Below, in pieces: positions 46,180 through 54,636 of a DNA stretch of 64,000 nt; position 1 is the first letter of the stretch; each line of letters opens with the position of its first letter. The translations under genes and the position numbers were made by a program. Where the stretch lies: IMG/VR virus record IMGVR_UViG_3300025838_000032, positions 1-64,000 of that record; one strand, written 5' to 3'. The DNA comes from a virus. Lineage: Duplodnaviria; Caudoviricetes. Under the pieces are notes generated by a model. That model was not told where the DNA came from, made no database searches, and was given only the letters and a program-made list of their open reading frames with translations.

Positions 46180-46598
46180 TGTCATCCTACTTAATCCCAC
46201 TTGACATAAACAATGAGCCCAGCACGACAATAATTTATCTTATTGAAGATGATGGGTCTACGCTCTCTATACCGGTTGATCCTGACAATGCAGATTATCA
46301 GACATACCTGAACTCAGGTCTTACTGCTGCCGTGCAAGTCCTTTCCACTTCCCAGCAAGAAGCTATAGCAGCAGAAGCAGCCATTAAACAAGCGGTTGTA
46401 CAAGCAGTAGCTAACCTAACGGCACTGGACTCACAAATGGCCCCAATGGTGGCTCAGGCGCAAACAGATTTAGCAACTCTCGCGGCATCTACCGACCCAT
46501 TAGCACCAATAATAGCTCGAGATATTGAAGGTTCCTTGACAATCGCGCAGGCTGTATCAGACATCCTTACGGCGCTTCAGCTTATTTCGACAGAGTAA
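46179..46598 (+). CDS. Tail-fibre-associated (chaperone-like) protein
   Basis: IPVDPDNADYQTYL motif, directly after the fibre gene. Confidence 0.55.
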   Translation: MSSYLIPLDINNEPSTTIIYLIEDDGSTLSIPVDPDNADYQTYLNSGLTAAVQVLSTSQQEAIAAEAAIKQAVVQAVANLTALDSQMAPMVAQAQTDLATLAASTDPLAPIIARDIEGSLTIAQAVSDILTALQLISTE

Positions 46599-46610
46599 GA
46601 GAGCCATTAA

Positions 46611-49409
46611 ATGGCTATTAACTATGTACAAAGCTCTGCAGTAGTAACGAGTGGCGGACCAGCGTCGATCACCATCTCTGGCGTGACACCAGGCAACCAG
46701 CTCATCTTCAACATCAACGTTGAAGCTGCGTCACAACCATCTATAACAAGCGTTGCCGATAGTAAGACCAATACTTGGTCAAAAGTATACGGAACGTCTT
46801 CTGGTGGTTATTTCACTCAACAGAACGAGATATGGTTCTGTAACTCAGCAGCTAGTGGTAATACTACTATAACTGGTACATTCACACCGGTAGGAACGTA
46901 CGGAAACGGCGTTAGCCTGACGGTGTTTGAATTTAGTGGTATTGGTGGTGTCGATGGATCAGCAACATATAATACTGCGAGTGGAACACAGAACCCAAAT
47001 GTTACGATAACGCCTAATCAATTCGGGGATCTTCTTCTCGGATATTTCCCAGATGCCAACTGGGGACCAAGCGCTCTACCGGGAGTTCCATGGAATAGCT
47101 TTACCAATGGAGCATCTCAAGCGTTTGCTTGGCAAGTATACCCAAGTACTAGCCCAACGAACCCCACGTGGACGCTGGTAGGAAATACACTTACATGGGG
47201 TGTTATCGGGGCTGCGTTCTACCCTGCGATTAACCCATCGGGGTCTCTCGCTAATTATCCAGGGTTTATGGGAGATATTCTGCTAGGGGCAAGCCCATTG
47301 GGTACTGGCGGGACTATTGTCCATAATATTTATGTAAAATTAGCATTAATTGTTTCTACGAGCATTAGTACAACTAATAAATTTGCTCATAGAATAAAGA
47401 CTTCAAATGTTATTCAAACATCATTGTCGAATGTGTCTAGAGCTCTAGCAAGAGTAAGACAATCTGCTGTCGTTGCCACTAATTTAGTAACTAGTAGTAA
47501 ACTCTTTAAAAGAGTAAAAAACTCCGCTGTCGTTGCCACTAATTTAGTAACTAGTAGTAAACTCTTTAAAAGAGTAAAAAACTCCGCTGTAGTGCAGACA
47601 AGTATTGCTAATAGTGTAAAGACCATAAAACGGATAAAAACATCAGTCGTTGATGCTACGAATCTAATTAATACAGTTAGAATAAGATCAAAGAATAAAG
47701 CTATATCAGTAGTACAATCTGCCCTGATAACTTCTACACGCTTGCGTTCAAAAGTTAGATCGATAACATTAGTTCAATCTTCTTTATCGATAGCTAAAAA
47801 AACACTTGCTCGAGTAAGAACTACTAAAGTAACATCTACACAATTAGTGCAGATTATAAGATCTATAAAAAGAATAAGAGTAACAACTGTAATACAAACT
47901 AATCTTGCAATAGCTATTAAAACAATTAAACGTGTTAAAGCAACTACTGTTATCCAGATACCATTATCGATAGCTAAGAAGACAATATCAAGAGTCAAAT
48001 TATCTTCCGCTAATCTAGCAAACCTAGTCAAATCTGTGAAGATTTTCTCTAGGGTCAAAAAATCTATCGCAGTAGGTACTAATCTAATCCGTTCCAATAA
48101 GGCTTTGAATAAATCGTCTAAAGTGATACAAACGTTACTTGCCACTTCTTCAAAAGCAGCAAAGCACTTAAGAACAGTTCTTGCGAATGCTATAAACTAT
48201 GTTCTACCTAAGAGAGTAGACCAGATATTCCGCTATAGCACTGTTAGAGCAATAAACCTAATAATATCTACAAAGAAGTTCGCTCGTGTTCGTATTGTTA
48301 AACCAATACAGGTATCTACCGCTATTGCTGTAAAAACAGCTAAGTATCTTAGAAAAACGACCGTAACTTCCACGAATCTTGTTAAGAGCTTGCGCGGGAA
48401 AGCAAAATCCGCGCTGGTGACAGCAACCTCACTGGTCACGTCATCGAAGCTTTTCAAGAGAATAAGAATCTCCGTTGTTGTTCAAACTCCGATAGTTTAT
48501 TCGGTAAAATTGCTAAAGAGAATTAGAAAAGCTTTGGCAACAGGGACGGATGCGGCTCTAAACAACAGGACAATAATCCGCATAAAGACGAGCAAGGCGA
48601 TCCAAACTTCGCTGACTATAGCAAAGAGAATATCAGGGAAAACTAGAACTGCTGTGGCCACCGCCATCTCTTCCGTGAAGATAGCCAGGAAATTTAATAG
48701 AGTCAAAAATACAATCGTTACTGCGGTGGATCTTATAACCAGCACTAAAACAGCCAAACGCATAAAGACGAGTAAAGTCGTACAGATCCCTCTTTCGTTC
48801 GGCCTCAGAGGCGGATACCACATAAAAACCGCCGTAGCGAACCTAGTTACTCTTGTCAGAGTACAGAGAACTAGAAGCAAGACCGTAAGAGTTATTGGTA
48901 TTTCTCTGGTTAAAGTTGGTAGAGGGCTGGGCCGTCTGGCGGGAGCAATAGCCGTACCGCTTGTGTACTTAACTAAGAGATTCAGCAGAAAACGTCAGGC
49001 TGTTGCCCTACAAGTGGTTTCCGCAACAATAACCAGGAACGTGAAAGTAACCCGCCGAGGGACCGTAACAGTCAGCTACCACATCGGGACGAGTAAAGGC
49101 AGAACGAAGTTTAAGCAGGCAATCGCCGGTCTTATCGGGTTAGCTAAAGTAACCAGAGCTTACATAATTAACATTAAATCGAAGGAAGATTCCAATGTAC
49201 AACCAATTAGTAAAATTAATAATTATGTAATAACTAATAGTTCGCTGGATAACGTGGGCAATTTCTCGCAGGGCGTAGATTCCCCGGCCTCTACGTACCA
49301 AGAGCCGTTCGTTGACAACCCTGGTAATTATAATGAACCAACGGATAATCCACCGAATGATCATTCTGAGCCGGAGAACGCCTCTGGCGAGGATATTGTC
49401 CCGTTCTGA
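46611..49409 (+). CDS. Tail-module protein: N-terminal beta-sandwich, about 600-aa polybasic 20-residue repeat region, acidic C-terminus
   Basis: 932-aa ORF; repeat unit similar to AVVATNLVTSSKLFKRVKNS. Confidence 0.8.
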   Translation: MAINYVQSSAVVTSGGPASITISGVTPGNQLIFNINVEAASQPSITSVADSKTNTWSKVYGTSSGGYFTQQNEIWFCNSAASGNTTITGTFTPVGTYGNGVSLTVFEFSGIGGVDGSATYNTASGTQNPNVTITPNQFGDLLLGYFPDANWGPSALPGVPWNSFTNGASQAFAWQVYPSTSPTNPTWTLVGNTLTWGVIGAAFYPAINPSGSLANYPGFMGDILLGASPLGTGGTIVHNIYVKLALIVSTSISTTNKFAHRIKTSNVIQTSLSNVSRALARVRQSAVVATNLVTSSKLFKRVKNSAVVATNLVTSSKLFKRVKNSAVVQTSIANSVKTIKRIKTSVVDATNLINTVRIRSKNKAISVVQSALITSTRLRSKVRSITLVQSSLSIAKKTLARVRTTKVTSTQLVQIIRSIKRIRVTTVIQTNLAIAIKTIKRVKATTVIQIPLSIAKKTISRVKLSSANLANLVKSVKIFSRVKKSIAVGTNLIRSNKALNKSSKVIQTLLATSSKAAKHLRTVLANAINYVLPKRVDQIFRYSTVRAINLIISTKKFARVRIVKPIQVSTAIAVKTAKYLRKTTVTSTNLVKSLRGKAKSALVTATSLVTSSKLFKRIRISVVVQTPIVYSVKLLKRIRKALATGTDAALNNRTIIRIKTSKAIQTSLTIAKRISGKTRTAVATAISSVKIARKFNRVKNTIVTAVDLITSTKTAKRIKTSKVVQIPLSFGLRGGYHIKTAVANLVTLVRVQRTRSKTVRVIGISLVKVGRGLGRLAGAIAVPLVYLTKRFSRKRQAVALQVVSATITRNVKVTRRGTVTVSYHIGTSKGRTKFKQAIAGLIGLAKVTRAYIINIKSKEDSNVQPISKINNYVITNSSLDNVGNFSQGVDSPASTYQEPFVDNPGNYNEPTDNPPNDHSEPENASGEDIVPF
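47466..47590 (+). repeat. Exact 60-bp tandem duplication within the polybasic repeat gene
   Basis: The sequence starting at 47466 is repeated at 47526. Confidence 0.95.
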
Positions 49410-49410
49410 A

Positions 49411-49440
49411 TGTAAAACAACTCAGTATTTACCATAGTTT
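49411..49440 (+). promoter_or_regulatory. Candidate TGTAAW-N18-TAG promoter
   Basis: TGTAAA-18-TAGTTT, followed by GAGGAG and ATG at 49461. Confidence 0.5.
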
Positions 49441-49460
49441 ATAGATCTAGAGGAGAAAAA

Positions 49461-49958
49461 ATGACCGTCAAAGATACTCGTCTTACAATCGTTTCGTGGG
49501 CTTCCAAGTGGGGCGTCGGGAATAAGCGCTATTTCCAGTACTCCAAGGGGCCTGAGCGCATGGATTTTTTGAAGCACCAAAGAGGGTACGTCCCTCTTTC
49601 CCTAGATTGCTCCGCTGCGGTTACTCTGTGGTATTGGGCTGCGGGAGCTCAAGACCCCAATGGGCTTCACTACGATGGTGAAGGATACACCGGGACACTC
49701 CTGAGCAATGGCGTAAAAATTGGCCTGAAGCAACTTCAGCCAGCTGACGTTATTGTTTACGGCCCTGGCACAGGAGTGCACGCCGTGCTTGTCGTAGACG
49801 CTACGAACAAAGCCAACCCGCTCTGTGTTTCGATGGGAGAAGACGGGGATCCAAGTTTCGTTCGTCACTCCGTGCTCCTTGGGCTGGGTGAGCCAACATT
49901 TCTCCGCTACCACACTGGGACCACAGGGCCCGTTTACAATCCACCAGCAGTTAAGTAG
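49461..49958 (+). CDS. NlpC/P60 cell-wall peptidase (endolysin-like)
   Basis: LDCSAAV (Cys), GYTGTL, LQPADVIVYG...HAVL (His). Confidence 0.85.
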   Translation: MTVKDTRLTIVSWASKWGVGNKRYFQYSKGPERMDFLKHQRGYVPLSLDCSAAVTLWYWAAGAQDPNGLHYDGEGYTGTLLSNGVKIGLKQLQPADVIVYGPGTGVHAVLVVDATNKANPLCVSMGEDGDPSFVRHSVLLGLGEPTFLRYHTGTTGPVYNPPAVK

Positions 49959-49966
49959 GACTATAA

Positions 49967-50911
49967 ATGTCACGTTATCGCGTTAATTTTGCCCAGGGAG
50001 TTGCTTACAACGTATCTGGTACTGGTGCACAGCTAACAATATCAGGTATTAACTTCCCTCAGGTGTCGGGGACGTACATGCCTATTGTTCTGAATCCAGG
50101 GTACTTTGGCGCGACAAACACTAGCGGTCCAGAGATCGTATACGTTACGTCAGTGAACTCATCGGGGACAGTCGCCACGTTAAGTGCTCGGGCCCAAGAA
50201 GGCTCTTCTCTCGCCAGTGGAGCAGTAGTCCCGTGGGTAGCTGGCCCTGTTGTGGCCGACTTCGACGTATCGAACCTGACTTCTACGGGCACTCTCTCGC
50301 TGAATAATGGCATCTCCGCATCTGGATCCACTACATTCAATAGTGGAGCAACTGTAACTAGCGGTATAACCGTCAACGGGAACTCAACATTCAACAACAA
50401 CCTCACGGTTATTGGCAACGAGACCATCAGCGGGACCGTCACGGCGGGGGGAGGTACCTTCGGGGGGACATCTATTCCTGCGGGAACGTCTCTTCTAACT
50501 CTCAATGGTAATGCCGGTACTCCTTCAGCAATTAATCTTGCTAATGGTACTAACTTACCCGCTGCAAGTATAGTTGGTACAGTAGCTAACGCCACTAATG
50601 CCACTACAGCTTCTAGTTTACTTGATCATGGGGGTGTAGGAACTGGACTCATTATACAATATGGTGTTGTTAATGATACTACTAACTCATATGGTAATAT
50701 ATCTTTTAATTTTCCAAGTTCATTCCCCAATGCATGTCTTTCAATTTTTATGGAAAACCAAAACAATGGTAGTGGGGGTATGTATGTTAACTCTATAGTA
50801 AGCGCTAGTAAAACTGGTGCAGTTATGTCACAATGGGTTGGTAATACAAGTTCATTTATACCCAGAAATGCAGTTTTAATTTCAGTCCAATATATAGCTA
50901 TTGGATACTAA
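49967..50911 (+). CDS. Short tail fibre / minor tail protein
   Basis: G/S/T-rich; C-terminal GLIIQYG...FPSSFPNACL module common in fibres. Confidence 0.65.
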   Translation: MSRYRVNFAQGVAYNVSGTGAQLTISGINFPQVSGTYMPIVLNPGYFGATNTSGPEIVYVTSVNSSGTVATLSARAQEGSSLASGAVVPWVAGPVVADFDVSNLTSTGTLSLNNGISASGSTTFNSGATVTSGITVNGNSTFNNNLTVIGNETISGTVTAGGGTFGGTSIPAGTSLLTLNGNAGTPSAINLANGTNLPAASIVGTVANATNATTASSLLDHGGVGTGLIIQYGVVNDTTNSYGNISFNFPSSFPNACLSIFMENQNNGSGGMYVNSIVSASKTGAVMSQWVGNTSSFIPRNAVLISVQYIAIGY

Positions 50912-51778
50912 ATGAGACCAAGACCAATACCAATGTATAGCGTGGAGCCCATCGGCATCATGACGTATTCGCTGGGTGCTCTGACAGATCCTGACAACAA
51001 ACTGGTTTATGTCGAAGTGGTGAATACTGATAATAATCTGGTGGTTGTGCCAAGCGGGACACAAACAACTTGGGAAGGCACCGGAACCTATCAGTACACA
51101 TTTAACTCTAGTCAAACTGCCGAGCAAGGCAATTATGCCGCAACGTATACATACACGATTAGCGGCTCTCCGCGAACATATGTAGATTATCTCGTCATCA
51201 CCGATCAGATGCCCTACTGGAGCAATCTAGACACCAATACGCGGGAAATAGCGACAGGTATCGTTCACAGACTGGATAAGAGCTTCGACAGCACGGCGGG
51301 AGGACCTTATCTCCAAGAACTACAACAAAGCGGGTTCATTATCTACGAAGAAGTAGCTATGGTCATGCAAGACGAAACCATGGACTATATCAACTTTGAA
51401 TTCCAGCCGATATTCAATCCCCCATACGATATTGGGCTCAACGCGCAAGTTCCATTCCCCACCACATACTACGGGGTGCTGGCTAACCAAACATACGCTC
51501 ATTTCCTAAAGCACATTGCCCGTAACTACATTGAACAACCGTCGCCGGAAGGCATGAACGCCGCCTGGATGAACCGTAGAGATTACTATAACAGATGGTG
51601 GCAACTCTATCTATTTGAGAAAGAGATAGCTGATAAGCAACTCCGACAGATGAAGCGTCAATTCATGGTTGGATCCAAGCGTAGTCTGCTTGTAGCGGGT
51701 GGATTGATTCCACGAATGTTTGTTAATCCAGCAAGACCACATTTTGCTTATGCCGCAGTCAATATGTCGGGCGTTTAG
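50912..51778 (+). CDS. Probable head-to-tail adaptor (neck) protein
   Basis: Position before the other neck and tail genes; N-terminal Ig-like segment. Confidence 0.5.
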   Translation: MRPRPIPMYSVEPIGIMTYSLGALTDPDNKLVYVEVVNTDNNLVVVPSGTQTTWEGTGTYQYTFNSSQTAEQGNYAATYTYTISGSPRTYVDYLVITDQMPYWSNLDTNTREIATGIVHRLDKSFDSTAGGPYLQELQQSGFIIYEEVAMVMQDETMDYINFEFQPIFNPPYDIGLNAQVPFPTTYYGVLANQTYAHFLKHIARNYIEQPSPEGMNAAWMNRRDYYNRWWQLYLFEKEIADKQLRQMKRQFMVGSKRSLLVAGGLIPRMFVNPARPHFAYAAVNMSGV

Positions 51779-51831
51779 CAGGAATAAATATTGGTGGGAT
51801 GTAATTCATTCAACTTGTTATGCTAGCAGGT

Positions 51832-52692
51832 ATGAGTACTTATACCTGTGTCGTTTGTAATGAAGAAAATGATGGTGGCGTAACTAGAAAAATCTGCGCT
51901 GATTGTAAAGATATACCCCGATATTGCAAATGTGGTTGTAATACCAAGCTTTCATCATCTGTTTATGCAGGAGCAAAATTTGCTCCAGGACATAACGTTT
52001 ATTTACAGAGCAAAGAAGAAATTGTTAACAGAGGGAAGAAAGGGCATAAGAAAAGTATGGATCACTTCCCAATTATTAAAAAATATACATGTCGTGTTTG
52101 CAACGAAGAAAAAGAAGAGACTTTGACACGCCCCGGTCCTAGTCGTAAAACGTGTGAAGCATGCCAGGATAGAGAGATTATCTGCGCGTGCGGTTGTGGA
52201 ACAGTGATTAAATCTGATAAACATCATCAACCAAAATATGCTGTTGGGCATAATACTAGAGCTTTAACTTTTGAAGAACAAAAAAGACGCAATGCTAAAA
52301 GATTATCTCATCATAAATATGATGATGAATTTCGTAAAAAAATGTCCGAAAAGATTGTACGTCTTCATAAAGAAGGTAAATTCCTCAATCTCTATGGCTC
52401 AAACAATAAATCTTCTAAGGTTGAGTTGTCGCTCAAACCCGTGCTTGAACCTCTTGGATACGTAAGTACACAGGATAAGAAATACCACATTGGTAATTCA
52501 AAGATAGGTGTCCACATACCAGATTATGTCAATCGCTCTGAACGAAAGATCGTAGAAGTATGGGGAACATACTGGCATCGTGGCGAGAATCCCCAAGATT
52601 TAATTGATTGGTACGCAGAACAGGGATGGACCGCTCAGGTGGTATGGGAAAATGAAGTCCCCGCGTTTGCAGTCAATATGGGAGGAGTATAG
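51832..52692 (+). CDS. Free-standing homing-endonuclease-like protein (Cys repeats + Vsr/DUF559-like nuclease)
   Basis: CxxC / CKCGC repeats, FRKKMSE (NUMOD-like), PDYV...IVEVWGTYWH. Confidence 0.75.
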   Translation: MSTYTCVVCNEENDGGVTRKICADCKDIPRYCKCGCNTKLSSSVYAGAKFAPGHNVYLQSKEEIVNRGKKGHKKSMDHFPIIKKYTCRVCNEEKEETLTRPGPSRKTCEACQDREIICACGCGTVIKSDKHHQPKYAVGHNTRALTFEEQKRRNAKRLSHHKYDDEFRKKMSEKIVRLHKEGKFLNLYGSNNKSSKVELSLKPVLEPLGYVSTQDKKYHIGNSKIGVHIPDYVNRSERKIVEVWGTYWHRGENPQDLIDWYAEQGWTAQVVWENEVPAFAVNMGGV

Positions 52693-52693
52693 T

Positions 52694-53383
52694 GTGTCCG
52701 GGATTGATCCTCAACCGGGTCCGGTAGTATCTGGTACGGGAACCGGTTTATTCACGCAATTAGAGAGCCCGCTTTTAGTTGTAAAACAACGTGAGATATG
52801 GGCTGAAATAGATCAGCAACGTTTCCATGATGAGTCTCTTCAATGGTTTGGAGAGGAAACAATCGTTCGTCAACTATGGCGTGCTGAGGATGCTGCTCTT
52901 GGTTTGGTTGGGTATTGCCAGCAGTGCCAAGATTCCCCGAATCCGCTGTACCCGGATGCCACGATACAATCACGGGTTAGTACTGTATACAGACAAACGG
53001 GGAATAGCTACTGCCCGACCTGTTTCGGTACTACCTTCAGCGGTGGATTCAAACCTATTTGCTATCATCTGTATATGTTGGCGGCAGATACTCCGCAGGT
53101 GCGTTCTAACTTATCAACGGGACAATTCTGGAGAGACAACCCCCAGGTACAGTTCAGTTGGTTCCCCGAGATTAGAACTGGTGATTTAGTTGTCCGCGTT
53201 AATTCCTGGAGCAATGGCACACCGACTGCCCTAGGTCTTAGATTCCAGGTGAGCGCGGTCAATGTGCAGACCGTGAGAACTGGCCCCGGTATCAGTTACG
53301 ATACCACCAAGATTGTTAGTCAGTCTTGCACGTTAGAGAATGTATTCCCGAGCCACCCATATTATAACGTCCCAGTCATATGA
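52694..53383 (+). CDS. Probable head-closure / neck protein
   Basis: GTG start after GGAGGAG; CQQC...CPTCFGTTFSGGF pattern typical of myovirus neck proteins. Confidence 0.55.
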   Translation: MSGIDPQPGPVVSGTGTGLFTQLESPLLVVKQREIWAEIDQQRFHDESLQWFGEETIVRQLWRAEDAALGLVGYCQQCQDSPNPLYPDATIQSRVSTVYRQTGNSYCPTCFGTTFSGGFKPICYHLYMLAADTPQVRSNLSTGQFWRDNPQVQFSWFPEIRTGDLVVRVNSWSNGTPTALGLRFQVSAVNVQTVRTGPGISYDTTKIVSQSCTLENVFPSHPYYNVPVI

Positions 53384-53901
53384 TTAATGGAGTTCTTTTA
53401 CCAGAGTTATTAACGCAGAGATTATCTCGCCGCGCAGTTGAGATCGCTCAGCTAATAGGACCGCGTAAAACAGGGCGTGGACTGAATAGCCTCTTGCCGC
53501 TGTATCAACCAGGGATAATAGGTATAGAAGTACCTGATAACACTGCCTATATGTACGACCTTGAGAAGGGCGTCCGGGCACATGCCATGGTGGATCTCGC
53601 TGGGAAGGTAATCCCGATTAGAGAAACTAACGGGAATATCTCTTTTAGAAGAGCTAGCGCGAACAAGATTGGCACTATACCAATTATTACAAGATCAGCT
53701 AAAGACGGAAGAATACAGACGGATAAGAGAGAGTGGTATTACCCGGAGAAACAGGGGCTCTCATTCCTGGATAAATCACTTCGTATGAGTGTAGAGGAAT
53801 GGAAGAGAACAACCAATACACAAGAAGTTATAAGTATTCTTATGCAAACTAGCATGAAGAATGATATAAGCGAGATCTTATATGGCAGACCCACACCTTA
53901 A
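53380..53901 (+). CDS. Hypothetical virion morphogenesis protein
   Basis: ATGA-coupled; WYYP motif. Confidence 0.6.
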   Translation: MINGVLLPELLTQRLSRRAVEIAQLIGPRKTGRGLNSLLPLYQPGIIGIEVPDNTAYMYDLEKGVRAHAMVDLAGKVIPIRETNGNISFRRASANKIGTIPIITRSAKDGRIQTDKREWYYPEKQGLSFLDKSLRMSVEEWKRTTNTQEVISILMQTSMKNDISEILYGRPTP

Positions 53902-53913
53902 TAAGGATTAATT

Positions 53914-54561
53914 TTGTTTCAGACAGCCGTAAAAACGTGCATCATAGAGGCTCTTGAAGCTGGATTTTCTACCCTCGCGTCCTCCCCAAGTGATTATAGC
54001 CTTGAGTTGACGCCAAATAGTATCACGATTGAGTACCCTCTCGAGCTTGTCCAATGGCCAGCGATATTTGTGCAATTTAGGCCCAACAAGATCCAGTGGT
54101 CTGGGCTCAACCCCGATATATTCAGCACATCAGTGTCGGGAATCACCATAAGTGGTATAAATTATCCAGGGTCTAACGCCACCAGAACCGGGTATTTTGA
54201 GGGCAGTATTGACCTACAAATCATGGCTATGCACAGCGAGGAACGAGACCGTCTTTACGATAGTGTTACGAACCTGATCTTATTAGACAGTATTAGCCCT
54301 GCCAGTACGGCTTTTGTCCAGAGTATCTATAACAATAATCTAGTCGGGATGACGCTGCTTTTGGACACATTCACCCCTCTCGGGGACAGCATCAGTGTGG
54401 GAACCCCGTGGAGCCCCGAAGAACTTACCTATGAATCCAGCATCCGAGTCAGTTGCATAGGTGACTTCTACGAGACAAAGTACCAGCCACTTTACCCACA
54501 GATCACTGCCGCAACTTTCTCGGGGACCATGGTGCCTCAAATCATTACGTTTTCTGGCTAA
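53914..54561 (+). CDS. Probable tail terminator / completion protein
   Basis: ITIEYP...WPAIFV, ERDRLYD; immediately before the sheath. Confidence 0.55.
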   Translation: MFQTAVKTCIIEALEAGFSTLASSPSDYSLELTPNSITIEYPLELVQWPAIFVQFRPNKIQWSGLNPDIFSTSVSGITISGINYPGSNATRTGYFEGSIDLQIMAMHSEERDRLYDSVTNLILLDSISPASTAFVQSIYNNNLVGMTLLLDTFTPLGDSISVGTPWSPEELTYESSIRVSCIGDFYETKYQPLYPQITAATFSGTMVPQIITFSG

Positions 54562-54636
54562 TTATTCAGAATAAAAGTATTAAAAGAAACACTGTAAAAC
54601 AATAAACCATTCGCATAAGGCATTGAAGGAGAATGT

